From Podarcis erhardii (taxonomy: Eukaryota): a stretch of 64,000 nucleotides of DNA. The position numbers were made by a program, and so were the translations under genes. Positions 35,150 to 48,320 of the stretch are shown piece by piece. The stretch lies in NCBI GenBank assembly GCA_964252035.1, contig OZ176207.1, one strand, 5' to 3'. The notes beneath the pieces were generated by a model. It was not told the DNA's origin, did not search any database, and worked only from the letters and a program-made list of their open reading frames with translations. The stretch's first letter is position 1. The number at the start of each line of letters is the position of its first letter.

Positions 35150-37611
35150 CCCTACTTACATAAGTTACATCATTGATTGTAACATTTAGTAAAAGTTAGC
35201 ACACTTTTTAACATCTTGTGCATGTCTTATCAATGAGTGTATTTTTATTCTGCTTTGCATTAGATGTGACTGTGCCGCAAAGGAACCTTTTTTTGGGTGA
35301 CAACACATATCTACCATTTCATTTTGCAAATAATTTTTGGGGAGGAAGAGTTACGGAAGAGGTTTTAATCTTATTCTCTTTCTCACTGCACCTTTAAAAT
35401 GAATTGCTTTTCTGATAACTTTGCTTATGCACATAAAATAGTAATGCTGGTATTTTTATTAATAGTTAACTGGAAGAGGTTTTTCCTCCTCCAATTCCTG
35501 GTTTCTTCCCCTTCTTCATATTTTCTGATTTACTGAATGTTTTATGCAATGTTTCTTCCCATCTTCGGCACAATAAAAGCAGTTCTATAAAGAAATAAAT
35601 GGGTTTTGGACGCCAAGATTGAGAGGCCAAGGAAGAGCACCACAATGTATGCTCCTGCAGGCAGAGGGGAAGGAGCTAACCAACAGCAGAAGCAGATGCT
35701 GGGTTCATCTGCATTTAGTATAACAGCTTCACAGTTCAATCCAATATGTCTACGTATAAGTATGACCCATTGAATTCAGTAGGCCATACTTTCAGGCAGG
35801 TGATTATGGGTTTGCAGCTTTGCGAAGCCACCATCCTACATATGTCTTCTCAGAGGTGAAGCCCATTGAGTTCAGTGGGATTTATACCTAGGTAAGCATG
35901 TGTAGGATTGCTTCTTTACATGCCATTATTTAAAGTGTTTCTCTCTCAAAATCTCCCCTCACCAATAACTAGTGATTCCAAATAGTGGGAAATAAAGAGA
36001 GTTTCCTTTCCCTGATTCCAAAGCTTCTCACGTAGCAAAGGGGGAGGTTATACAGTGTAGTGGATAACAAGCAAGTCCATCACACTTTGACAAGTGAAAA
36101 TGAGGAAGTGTCAAGAAAAACAACAGAAAGGTTAGAGGTAGAGGACTTTTCAACTTCCAATTTAGATGGGTCTTGCATGCCTAATTAGCAGCCTGAATTC
36201 TGAAAATATATATTCACCTATCTCTGTGCTTTCCTTGCTTATGATTTCAGTGGGAGTCACAAATGTTAGGGTTAATCATGTGCTTGGCAGAGATACTAAT
36301 GTGCTCAAGACTCAGTGTTCCAATATTCATGTGCTTAAATGCTTAAACCACTGTGTGTGTTTTTTGGTGGGTTTTTGGGCATTCTGGTAGTTGTACAGGA
36401 CTATTGGAGACCTGAGAAATCTCTTGTTATGAAGATCTCTTCTGAATGATCACCAAACGAATTTCAAAATATTAATGCAATATTACTATTATTTTGTAAT
36501 TTCCCAGAACATTTCAGTTTTACCATACAGTGGGGATGTGTTGAGGGGGAAGAAAGACGTTGCAGGGAAACTGGTAGCAAACATAGATTTAATAATCTGT
36601 GACACTGAATTCTAAGTGGCATTCAGAGTTAATGCTTATTTAAAAATCTAAGCAGGGTTTCGATGGAGACTTAACTAGTGCTGTATACTTAAACACACTA
36701 AGAAACATTGAGAAATGAGGGAGGAAAATGCTTACATGGGCCCTACCTACCTTTCATACTCTCTGTACTCCAGGCTACATAGAACAGCCATTCAGTTGAG
36801 ACTTCAAATGTTCTTAAAACATTCCCTTAATCTCTTTATTTAGGGATCCTTCTTGCATTATTTCAGTGGTCTGGGAACAGCTTGAACATGGTGAGATTTC
36901 ACTTGCCTATTAAAACATCTGTACTTACAAGCACATGGGTAAAGCCAGTCTTGTGGATCTTTTCCCACCAGTTGTTGCCCAGATAGGACAATATCAGCTG
37001 GCTGATGGAAGTTCCAGTCCAGCAACATCTGAAGGACCATAGCTGCCCTACCCTGGCTGTACAGAGACAACTGTCTGACAACGATCAAAGCAGAAAGGGA
37101 TCTTGCTATGGGGAAATTGTTCCCATGTTGCTGACATGATGCAAAAAGGGATCCTTAATCTCTGGGTTGGCTAATCTATCTCTGCTGCTCAGTGGTGCTA
37201 GGACAGTGGTTCTGAGATGAGAGCTGTACAAAGTAATTTGTCTTCATCAAGATCTGGACTTCACTCTTCCATTTCCATCTCCCTTTTCATAAGCTTTAAG
37301 TAACACCATTGATTCTGAAGATAATTTACAGGTAAAGACCTTTGCAGAGTTATGATCGAATAGCAACAAAATGTAGTCTTCCTGGACTACAAAATTATGA
37401 CAGCAGATGAAATTATTATTAAATATTGTTATTATTCAATTTGCAGCCCCATTTATATGCTATGAGCAACTGCACTTTGGGTGAAGCCATCAAGGTTTTG
37501 GATTGTGAATATGTGGCCTAAATGGGAATCGTTTCTTTTAAAATAAGGGCCACATCAGATATTGAAACATTATTCATTCTGTGGGAAAAAGTGAGAGGTC
37601 TTAAAGCTATA

Positions 37612-37821
37612 CAGTGGTACCTTGGGTTACAGACTCTGCTAACCCAGAAATAATACCTTGGGTTAAGAACTTTGCTTCAGGATGAGAAAAGAAATTGCGC
37701 CGCAGTGGCACGGCAGCAGCAGGAGGCCCCATTAGCTAAAGTGGTGCTTCAGGTTAAGAACAGTTTCAGGTTAAGAACGGACCTCCGGAACGAATTAAGT
37801 ACGTAACCAGAGGTACCACTG
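37612..37821. mobile_element. Tc1/mariner (Tigger-like) MITE, same family as 9074-9303
   Basis: cagtggtaccttgggttac / gtaaccagaggtaccactg TIRs, TA duplication. Confidence 0.92.
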
Positions 37822-39789
37822 TAGATAGTAAATGACATAGTAGTCATGGAAAAGTCAAAACTGGGGAGATGTGTGCTTCACTATGTTTACTTTGGTTGTG
37901 CGTTTAGTTTTTCAGTTGCTCAAACTTTTAAAAGGAAAGATAGAACTGAAGCCATTTTGTAAAAACTCTTCTCAAAGGTGGGTTATAAAATAAGTGTGAT
38001 CCTTTAACGAAAATGTTATGTTTGTAATTCAGCTGGGATTTGAGTTTTATCAGTTATTAGCTGGAAATTCCATTAAGAGAAATGGTAACTCCCAATTTGT
38101 AGAACTTACTTAGCATCCATTTATTTGCTAATCGGTTATTTCCTGGTCTAATTTGATGCCTGTTTACAGTGTAAATAAAACAAAAGTGTAAGGAAGAGGA
38201 CAGGAGAATAATGAACTTGGGAAGAAGGAAGCATAGAACATTTTGGCTACCATGGATTTGGCAAGGCTTTGTGGAGAAAGTTGATTTTGCTCAGGGACTT
38301 GAGATGGAGTTTTAGTCTTGATGTCATGAAAATGGGAGCAGGGAAGGAGGAAATGAGCACGCCATAAATGAGCTTGCACAAATGAGCAGACAAACTTGAG
38401 GCAATGAACGAGGGAAGGCGGCCAAAAGGAGAGCGTAGTGAAAATGACCTATGAGACTGATGTAGAAAATGATAGTGATGCAGTGAGGATGCAGGAGATG
38501 AAGGGTCATTATCGATCTGATTTTTTTAAAAAAACAACAACAACCCAACTCTTCAGCCAAAAAAAGACTCACAGAGTGGTTTACAGATTGATGAAAACAA
38601 GACAGTCCTTACCCCTGCAGCTTGCAGTATAAAAAGACATGACCCTAAAGAAAAATGGATTGAGATGGAGGGGGAAATAAGCAAACTCAGGTACCAGTTT
38701 TTAGTTACCAGTTCTTCTAAGAAGCAGCTGGGATGGAAACATTGAGGAGAAGAGGAGCTGAAAGGTACCAGTCTTTCCACTGCATGGATGGGAATGTACC
38801 TGTATCCCTTCTCTCTCCTTCTCTTCTGTTGTCCTGAGGCAACAGCTGATGGAGGGAGGAGCCTGGCTTCTCAAGAACTGGCTTCTCAACATCTCTTATT
38901 TTCTGCTAAAAACTGAAACAAAAGGCAACATTTTAGTGGAAGGACTTTGAATTAATTTAAGAGGTAGGAAGGATATTGGCATGGTGCACTGGAAAGATGA
39001 AATTGCACTAATTGCCAAGGCATGGTTGGGAGTTTTAGCCATAGATAATAGACAGGGTAAGGAATGGAAGACATACAGTGGCAAAGCTCTATGGCGGGGA
39101 TGGGCAAGCTTCAGCTCTCTGAGATCAACTTACATGTTTCTACTAGAAGGCTATGGACCAGGACCAGGTTCAAAATAGCAGCTCAGGATAGCTGGCATAT
39201 ACTAAGAACTGAGGGCATTATTAGCCCAGGACAAAAAGTCAACTTCTGGGGACATAGCCAACTAATGTGTCCAGTCATGGATGCATTGCTCAGCACTGCT
39301 TTGGATACAACCAGTGCTATTTTTCTAGAAAAAGTGATGTCAGAACCTACCACCAACGCCTTCCTTGTTCTCTTATAATGGCACTGGTGGCCACCTGAGA
39401 GGTGCCAGAACTGGAAAAAAGGCTCTGGGTAGAACTCCTGGTTTTTCCCAAGTGTTCTTCGTTTCACCAGCCTAATTTAGGGCATGGGGTGGGGGGAGTC
39501 TTTTAGGCATTGCTGTGTTTAGATCATTGGATGTCAAACTGATGATTTGTTGCAAATCATCAGAGATCAGCCTTCCTATCCCACCCCTGGTCTATGTGAC
39601 AATTTACACTCTTAAAATGGCCTTGTTTGACATTTTTCTTGTGAGTAGTTGGCCCTGTACCACAAACCCATGCTGGAACTCCTCTCTGTTTCCAAAGCAT
39701 TTTTTCATGGTGGTCATTGGGGTCGTGGAATTGATTGTTAAAACCATTTGTTTTTTATGTATTGTTTTTTATGTATTATATTTATTTAT

Positions 39790-39998
39790 GTATTGAATTT
39801 CTATCCCATCTTTCCTCTGGTGTACATGGTTCCCCCCATTCCCATCTCTCCATTTTGTCCTCACAAAAACCTTGTGAGGTAGGTTAGGCTGAGAGATAGT
39901 GACTGGCCCAAGGTCACCCACTGAGATTCATGGTTGAGTAGGGACTTGAACCCAGGTCTCCTAAGTAATAATATGACACTAACCACTAAACTACACTG
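39790..39998 (-). mobile_element. MIR-like tRNA-derived SINE
   Basis: cctcacaaaaaccttgtgaggtagg core, gactggcccaaggtcac, and reverse B-box ttgaacc. Confidence 0.8.
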
Positions 39999-40733
39999 GC
40001 CTGGTCCTCCTAGTTGCTAAAAAATGCACGAGACTTAACCATTAATAACCTATAATTCAACATCTTTCAAATTACAGAATGATAATCATAACCCAACATG
40101 TTGCTGTTGATGCTACAATCTTTGTTGATAATGAAAAATTAATGTAACATTGCAAGGAATGATTCGCACACTGTCAAAATTGGCCCCAAACTTGTAAGTG
40201 TTTCAGAGCATAAAGGTTGAATGGGCCCAATAGTATTGCTGGAATTTTGACACTTAAAGAAGAACAGTGTGCGGTCAGAGCCCATGGAGCACCAGTGATA
40301 ACAGAATTGGCACAAATTTAACATGTTTCCGTTGGGAAAAGAATCCAAATGAAAGTGGGGCTGCAGCAGCAGGATATTTTAGCTTTTTGAAATAAAATGG
40401 ACATATAAATACGAATAGACTGCTTTACCATAGCCAGTCTTAGTCTTGGCATTATATATTACCTAATCAGTCTTTAAACTGGTGAGTTAGATCGTCAACT
40501 TCAACACTTTGTATTTAATGTGGAGGTAGACTGACTTTACTCAAATTTATTTTATTTTCATAGGTCCCTTTATAGAATGCAGTGTTGATACGGAATGCCG
40601 CTAAATTAATGGTTAATTCAGTTTTATCAGGATAATTTAAATAAACTGGAATTTTCCAGTATGATTGATAGAATGTGATCGCTGTTAGCTGCAGACTCAA
40701 CCTGCTTTTGACATTTAAACATATAAAGCTGAC

Positions 40734-40967
40734 NNNNNNNNNNNNNNNNNNNNNNNNNNNNNNNNNNNNNNNNNNNNNNNNNNNNNNNNNNNNNNNNNNN
40801 NNNNNNNNNNNNNNNNNNNNNNNNNNNNNNNNNNNNNNNNNNNNNNNNNNNNNNNNNNNNNNNNNNNNNNNNNNNNNNNNNNNNNNNNNNNNNNNNNNNN
40901 NNNNNNNNNNNNNNNNNNNNNNNNNNNNNNNNNNNNNNNNNNNNNNNNNNNNNNNNNNNNNNNNNNN
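40734..40967. other. Assembly gap
   Basis: N run. Confidence 1.
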
Positions 40968-41954
40968 ACCAAGATCCTCAATTTAAACAAAGTCTTCTTT
41001 GCAGATATTCTGTGTTCAAGGGCACAGCAGAAAGGTTCATTGATCAAGTATGATGTACTGTAACATTTTTCTTATCCGAGCTCTTTTATGTATATTTATT
41101 AAAGATCCCATATTTCATATTATGCTTAACTATATTGGAGGAAGTTCTTCACAAAACATATCCCAAATATAATATGAAGTATCTGCAAGCATATTGCACT
41201 TACTTTTAACTGCAATTCTGGGATTTATGGATATAGAGAGATCTGCTGGTCTTATAAAAGTTGGAAAGGGTCATGACATACTTTAAAATGATATGTTGCC
41301 ACTTAATATCCCAGTACTGACACCTGCCAGGTTTAATGACTGCATTTTTGTGATAATATAATTGCCTCAATCTGATCAGAAAGTCAACTTCAGTTGCAGT
41401 GTGCTGTTTTACTTTTTTTTTCTTGGCCTGATTGTGTTGCAAAAGAACAAGCGAGTTCTGCTTTTTTGTGGGGTGGGGGTGGGGAAATCCTATAATTCTT
41501 TGGTCTGTTCTAGGCAGTTAAAGTTTGTTCTTGAAATAAATAATAGCCAAAATGTCAATACTTCTAGTTTTCAGAATAATCATAAATTCCTGACCATAAA
41601 ACAGTCATAAAGGTGTAATATTTTATTCACTGTATATTCATACACCACATGTCATTGCAACAGAAAGGCAATGAATCATTCTTTCGGTATTGTCAAAAAG
41701 GCAGGGGGGGAAAGCGTATGAGCAAGATAGGCCTAAAATATCGGTACTAAGGTTTAAATTTACTCCTTATCAGAGAGTGTAGCATATTCCAAAATAGGTA
41801 ATCTGCTCAAATATATTTATCTTACAAATTGAACATTTTTTAAAAGGTACACCAGTTCTGACCAAATGAAGCTGGTTGACTTTTGTGGAAATTGTGCGTG
41901 AGCAATCTTTCACTTAGCACCCTCTACATGAAGCACATCCACCCACAGGAAATT

Positions 41955-42255
41955 CCGTAGTTCAGGGGTAAAGCATCTGCCTTGGATGCAGAAAGTCCTA
42001 GGTTCAATCCCTGCTATCTCCAAGTAGGACTGGGAGAGACCCATGTCTGAAATCCTGCCAGTGATTGTAAACCAGTGTTTCCCAAACTTGGGTCTCCAGC
42101 TGTTTTTGGACTACAACTCCCATCATCCCTAGCGAGCAAGAACAGTGGTCAGGGATGATGGGGATTAGAGTCTGGAGACCCAAGTTTGGGAAACGCTGTT
42201 GTAAACAATACAGAACTAGATGGACCAGACCTGGTGTAGGCAGCTTTCTGTGCTC
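41955..42255 (+). mobile_element. tRNA-derived squamate SINE interrupted by a hAT MITE
   Basis: A-box-like tagttcaggggtaaagca and B-box ggttcaatccc. The body continues after the MITE (actagatggacc...aggcagctt). Confidence 0.7.
42073..42198. mobile_element. hAT-type MITE (126 bp)
   Basis: Long TIR cagtgtttcccaaacttgggtctcca / tggagacccaagtttgggaaacgctg, perfect 8-bp TSD ttgtaaac. Confidence 0.93.
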
Positions 42256-42520
42256 CTCAGATCATGACCATGCCTGGAAACAACAAGTGCATCTGAGAAA
42301 AACTCCAGATACACTGGGAAAGCAGGAATGGCTCTCACTCTTTTTGAAGTAATGGCCTTTAGCAACCCTTTACATTTTAAGAGTTAATACATGGGTGGCT
42401 CTGAGAAGCCCCATGTTTGACCATGGCATACAACATTCATGCAAAGTATGGAAGTTCCCAAACTCTCAGGTCACATAACCATTTATAAAAGTTAACTTAA
42501 AATACTTCTTTATAGTATTT

Positions 42521-42658
42521 CAGAGATGGGGAACCTGTGACCCTCAAGATGTTATTGGACTTCAGCTCCCATCAGCTCCACCTAACATGACTAATGTTTA
42601 AGAATGATGGGAATTTTAGTCCAGCAACGTCTGAAGGGCCACAGGTTCCTCATCTCTG
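42521..42658. mobile_element. hAT-type MITE, older copy
   Basis: TIR cagagatggggaacctgtg / cacaggttcctcatctctg; TSD degraded. Confidence 0.8.
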
Positions 42659-43655
42659 CTGTATCCAGTGGTTTACCTTCTGTTTCAGGCTCCTTGATCC
42701 AGCAGAGACTTCCCCTTGAAGAATGGGAAGGAAAAACTTTTTTCCCCAATTCATCCTCCCCCATGCAGTTCCTTGCAACACTTTCCGCATTGTTCCACAG
42801 TGTCTGGTCGACCTCTGAAGCTGTTTTGTGGGGCCACAGAGGTGCAGGGGGAATAAATAAAAATCACCCCTTTTTCTACAAATGGAAGCCTCCATTAAAT
42901 CCAGGAGTGTTCCATCAGCAGAGGGACACCATTGGATACAAGCCATGGTAAATAATGTTGCGAAAGCTTCTCTAGATGGTGAAACTCGAGGTTAACATGA
43001 TCTGCAGTAGTCCATTTTTCTAGCCATTTCTAGGATGTAATGAATTATGATTTTGCTTTTGCAAGACCACTTTGAGTACAAGTGGAGGGGAAAGATCGCC
43101 TTGTCATGATACTTCCACCTTAACAAATGGCCGTGAGACCTGGCACAGTTCATCAGAAACCACTGCAATATGAGTTCCATTGAAATGAACTAGAACAGGC
43201 TTCTGCTGGGTTGCAACCTGAGTTCTAGCCGCATTATAATGGGTGAAAACTATGGAAAAAGTTTTGTGGCCTCATTTTAAAGTTCCCCAAGTGTCTCATC
43301 TTCTAATTATCGATACCGTTTCTATAATAAGTGAGTGCTCATTAATGAAAACCCATTCTTGCTTAACTTTTGTGTTTGAACTTCGGGGAAGTATCTTTAA
43401 TGAGAAATATGTGGCACGTACCCTAACGGTATCCCTGGAGTTATAAATGTATGCAATAGAAAAATTTCTTTTCAGGGCTAGGCAAGATTCTGAAACAGGT
43501 TAAATATTGGATATTAATTTTCACACCCACCCACTTAAAATAAAAAAAAATTAAAAAAATTAAAAGGCTATTTTCTTCACAAACTGTGATTTCTTTATCC
43601 AAGGGTAATATAATATTCTAATTCAACTCCTATCTTTATGCTAAATTTTACTTAG

Positions 43656-43770
43656 GATCAAAGCCGTTCAAATGCAAGATTTGCCACTTTGCAACAGCTC
43701 AACTAGGAGATGCCAGAAACCATGTCAAGAGGCACCTTGGGATGAGGGAATACAAGTGTCATGTCTGTGG
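43656..43770 (+). CDS. ZNF407: ZNF407 second coding exon (GSKPFKCKICHFATAQLGDARNHVKRHLGMREYKCHVC)
   Basis: Acceptor ttag, donor gtgagt, 115 nt. The phase-1 start joins the HT-G of the giant exon to complete a linker and finger. No later ZNF407 exon was recognised in the window. Confidence 0.96.
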
Positions 43771-46700
43771 GTGAGTAAATTGAAACCGTTCCTCCCTTGG
43801 TTAACCAGAGAGGAGTGTAGGCTATGCATTGTTTCAGCATTCAAAATGGGGATGTGAGCAATAGGGGCTAAAATTATGCATGCATATCCTCCTTCCCATT
43901 GTTATGGTAAATTCCTTAAATACAGTTATGACATTCTTTTCCTACTTCTAATCCAGTACTGCAGATGAGCAATTTTATGGGCTACAAGGTCAATTTGAAC
44001 CTGTAATCTGTAAATTGACTAAATTATAGGATGTTCATTCACATTGCCAGGGAGAACTGTAAATTCCTTTTTAAAGGCATGAAAAATAATATAGACTTCA
44101 ATTTAGTATGTGTTTTGTGTATATGTGCACATACATGCATTTGTGCTATATATTGTTCTAGTTTGAGCTCAGTTAACAGATTATGGGCTCCTGTAGAGTT
44201 TTTGCACTGCAGGAGACACAGGAAAAGAAAACTTCCAAAGAATTGCGTATATTGCTGCACACGAGAGGAGTGTGTGTGTGTGTATGTATGTATATAAAAC
44301 CAGAGACATCTTGCATATGTTGTATTGCCTCAGAAAAACCTCTTCTTCCCTTTCCCCCTTGTAATGGCTATTCCATCCAAAGGACCATTCGTAATGTTTA
44401 ATTGTCCTTCAAATGTGTTGCATTTAATAGGGAGGCTCAGAGACTCTTTAATGCAAAACTAATTAATTTAGCAGAAATGTTTAAAAGGTTTTAAAATGCC
44501 ATGGCATATATGGTACATCATAGGACATTCAGAGGTGGGTTTTAGTACCGCGCTTCTATTAAAAGTGTATTTTAATGTTATTATGCTAAAAGAATTAGCT
44601 AATATATGCTTCATATAAAAGCGCTTTCCTCAAAACAAGTTAAGTTGCTGCAGAAGCCTGATGACTAGTACGTAGAATGGCAGAGGTTCAGATGGATCAC
44701 ACAGTGCACGCCACTACAGAAAGGTGGGTGGGTAGGAATATTTTTCAGCCAGGTTTTAATCCCGTCAACTCTTACAATTAAACACGCCTTACGAACAAAG
44801 TGAGTGAAATGTTCAAAAACAAATTAGAATGCAACTCACCGGTTCACATGCCTGCTATACAAATAAGTGCTGTTAGATCGGTAAGGGTGGTTTTATTTCC
44901 TGATGGGAGGAGTGGATCACGAGCTGATGGCTGAATTGCTTTAAAACTCAGTGGAAGCAATTATGAAAGTTATCCACTGTAAAATAACGGAGGAGGATCT
45001 TCCAGGCCTTTGGCTGTGAATGCCACCAGTGTACGCTACATTTTGGCAGCTGCCTGTCTTATAAATTACAACAATTCTGTGCGAAAGACGCTCTTGACTT
45101 ACCTATAACTTTGGTCTGAAAATGAATAAATATGGATTCTGAGAAAAAGAACTTGAATTTGGCTCTGAGTAGCCAACTATACATTGTCTGTGGGTTAGTG
45201 GTGGTGGTTTGGCATTGACATACATTTTTTAGTGACTGATGCAGCCGTTGCAGTTAGTATCTTCATACATATTTGTGAGTGGGGAGGGGGGAGAGAAGTT
45301 GCTGGTTATGTTTGGTCATTTGAAAAAACAGGACACTTAAATCTGTCGTTTGTCAAAGTTCCTTTGAATGCCACAACCAGAGATTTCATCTCATTGTTCT
45401 TGTATCATGTTACATAATTAACTTGTGATACTGTCAAGTTACTTGTTCATGTGGCAGCTAATGGAAAGAGAAATACACAAAAGTCTTCCTCATATAGACC
45501 TTTTGTTCTGAACAGCTAAAATAATAAATTTTAATCTGATACAAATCAAAACTATTGGTACATAACCATGGCTGAATTGGTAAAGAAATGTCATCTGCCA
45601 AATTGTAATGAATTCAGAGGAGAATTCGAAGCAGGAAGGATGGTCAGTGCACTTTGAACTATCAGCCAAATAATTAATATGCCAACCTTTTAGTGTGTGT
45701 GTAGCATAATACACTCTGCTATATTTCTGCCATGTTCACCAAAAAGATAGGGTATTATGTAGATTAAAAATAAAGTGGCAACATAAAATTGCTGGGATTG
45801 GCTATCAGGTTAGAGCATTGGTACATTAACACCACTGACAATGTCAATTCATTATCATTGATGGCTAAATAATCTTTGAAATGCTCAGTGGACCTATTAG
45901 TTCCTGAATATAAGCAGCTAGTGCTGCATTTCTTCATTAGCTTTAATTGCTATAAATTTACCTTTTTAAAAAATCATGTTTTAAAAGGTGAAGTGATCTT
46001 TCAGGAACATTAACTTGGTAATTTTGTCACAAACACAAGGTCCTGTACTATGTTTTCTTTTCTGCAGTAGTTAAAAATTCTACCCCGTGAATTTTAGATT
46101 CCAAACAACAAGCTTTCTATTAGGTGGAATGTTAACTTGTTTCCCCAATTGCTCCACAACCTGTTTGGGGTTTCTTTTTTTAAACAAGGTGAAATGTCAG
46201 TTCAAGGCTATGGATAATTGTGGATGTAAGATATCCCTTGATTGCCTTGAATTTTTTATGAATTGGAAAGTGAAAACCCTTTGTAAAGTAATGCCAGTCT
46301 AAATGCTAAAAATGAACAGAAGATTTTATGTACTGTATCTTGTGTAGCACAGTCGACACAAAGGGGTGTGGGTGGAAAGACAGCAGTGTTTTTGCATGTT
46401 GCTTTTATTGTTTCAAATCGAAGTTTAATTTTTTCCAGCTGCACAGTAGAAATACTCTGCCATAGAAATTGGAAGCTACTAATCTTTCAGCATTTGAAAT
46501 AAACCGTCTGCTACTCATTTCCTTATCGGCAGATGTGTGGTGATTGTTTTCCTTTGCATTATGTTCATGAATGGGAAATGCATCCCTTATTTGAGAAGGG
46601 ATCTGTTTTCAGTGAGTATCCAACTGCTACCTATTTAAATTTAATTTTCAGAAGTCTGGCTATGAAGTTGTTCATGACACGAAAATTAAAAAATCTCACT

Positions 46701-47828
46701 GGTTTCCCAGCATTTACTTGTGTGTGTGAGGGTTTTTTTGTTTTTGTTTTTTTAAAAAAGCTTGCATAGTGGAATGTACTGAAAAGGCTTATCATGCACT
46801 TTTGAGATTTTATGCCTCAGGTACATGAAAAATGAATTGTTCAGCACTTCAGATTTTAAACAGAATTTATGAGCAACTTATCATTTAAAAATACATCTAC
46901 TTTCCCCTTGCCTTTGCTTTTGGATATAGAGCTTTAAAAACACACACCTTACGTTAGAGTTATTTACCTTCCTTTCTGTTTTTCTTAAGTTGCTATGTAT
47001 AAATAAAGTGACTGCAGCAGAAATCAGTAGAAGGATTTTACGTCTCCAGAAATGTTAATCATTTGAAATCAACCTATCTGTCCTTTTTCTGCATTCTTTC
47101 AATTACTTTAAAATGTATCTATTAAAATGTGACCACAGATCAAATTTCAAATCATAATTTGCAGTACACAGTTTCCCCTTCCTTAAAAAAGGGGTGTATT
47201 TAGTTTACTTTTTTATTTTGTTTTCTTCTCCCACACATCATTTAGAGAAGTATTTTGAAACTTCATTTGAAGTTTGACCATGGAAATATTGCCAGTGCCT
47301 TGATCAATATGTGTTCGGTAGTTGTTATTTCAAAGAGGCATGAAAAGAAATGTGAAGTAAATTGAAGGGGTATGTCATATGTTAGTATTTTTTAAAATCA
47401 ATGATATATTTCATGGATTCAAAAGCTTCTTGTTGACAGTCTACAAATATTTGAAACTGAAGTATTCATATTGCTCCTTTTCTATGGTTTGCTACCAGGG
47501 ATTTATTCTGTCACATTAAAAAAATTATGTGTATATTGGGTTTTTAAAAATTAGTTCCTGATTATACGAACAGAGGTACTTATTTCAGCACAGCAATAAC
47601 TTGCGCTTCCAAAGTGCATCTGCTTAGTCTTCCCCTTAGAGAACAAAGAAGGTTCATTCTTAAATGTATCATTACGAAGAGACGGAAATGTACTTTTGGT
47701 TTTTACATGCCTCTTAGTGTTGCTGCAAGTGAACTGTTTGTTCTGTGGCCAGATAAATCTTTAAATAGAAAGTTGAAACTTCAGTAAAACTATTTCTATG
47801 TGAGATTACCTATTTTTTGTGCATTAGA

Positions 47829-48320
47829 NNNNNNNNNNNNNNNNNNNNNNNNNNNNNNNNNNNNNNNNNNNNNNNNNNNNNNNNNNNNNNNNNNNNNNNN
47901 NNNNNNNNNNNNNNNNNNNNNNNNNNNNNNNNNNNNNNNNNNNNNNNNNNNNNNNNNNNNNNNNNNNNNNNNNNNNNNNNNNNNNNNNNNNNNNNNNNNN
48001 NNNNNNNNNNNNNNNNNNNNNNNNNNNNNNNNNNNNNNNNNNNNNNNNNNNNNNNNNNNNNNNNNNNNNNNNNNNNNNNNNNNNNNNNNNNNNNNNNNNN
48101 NNNNNNNNNNNNNNNNNNNNNNNNNNNNNNNNNNNNNNNNNNNNNNNNNNNNNNNNNNNNNNNNNNNNNNNNNNNNNNNNNNNNNNNNNNNNNNNNNNNN
48201 NNNNNNNNNNNNNNNNNNNNNNNNNNNNNNNNNNNNNNNNNNNNNNNNNNNNNNNNNNNNNNNNNNNNNNNNNNNNNNNNNNNNNNNNNNNNNNNNNNNN
48301 NNNNNNNNNNNNNNNNNNNN
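47829..48320. other. Assembly gap
   Basis: N run. Confidence 1.
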
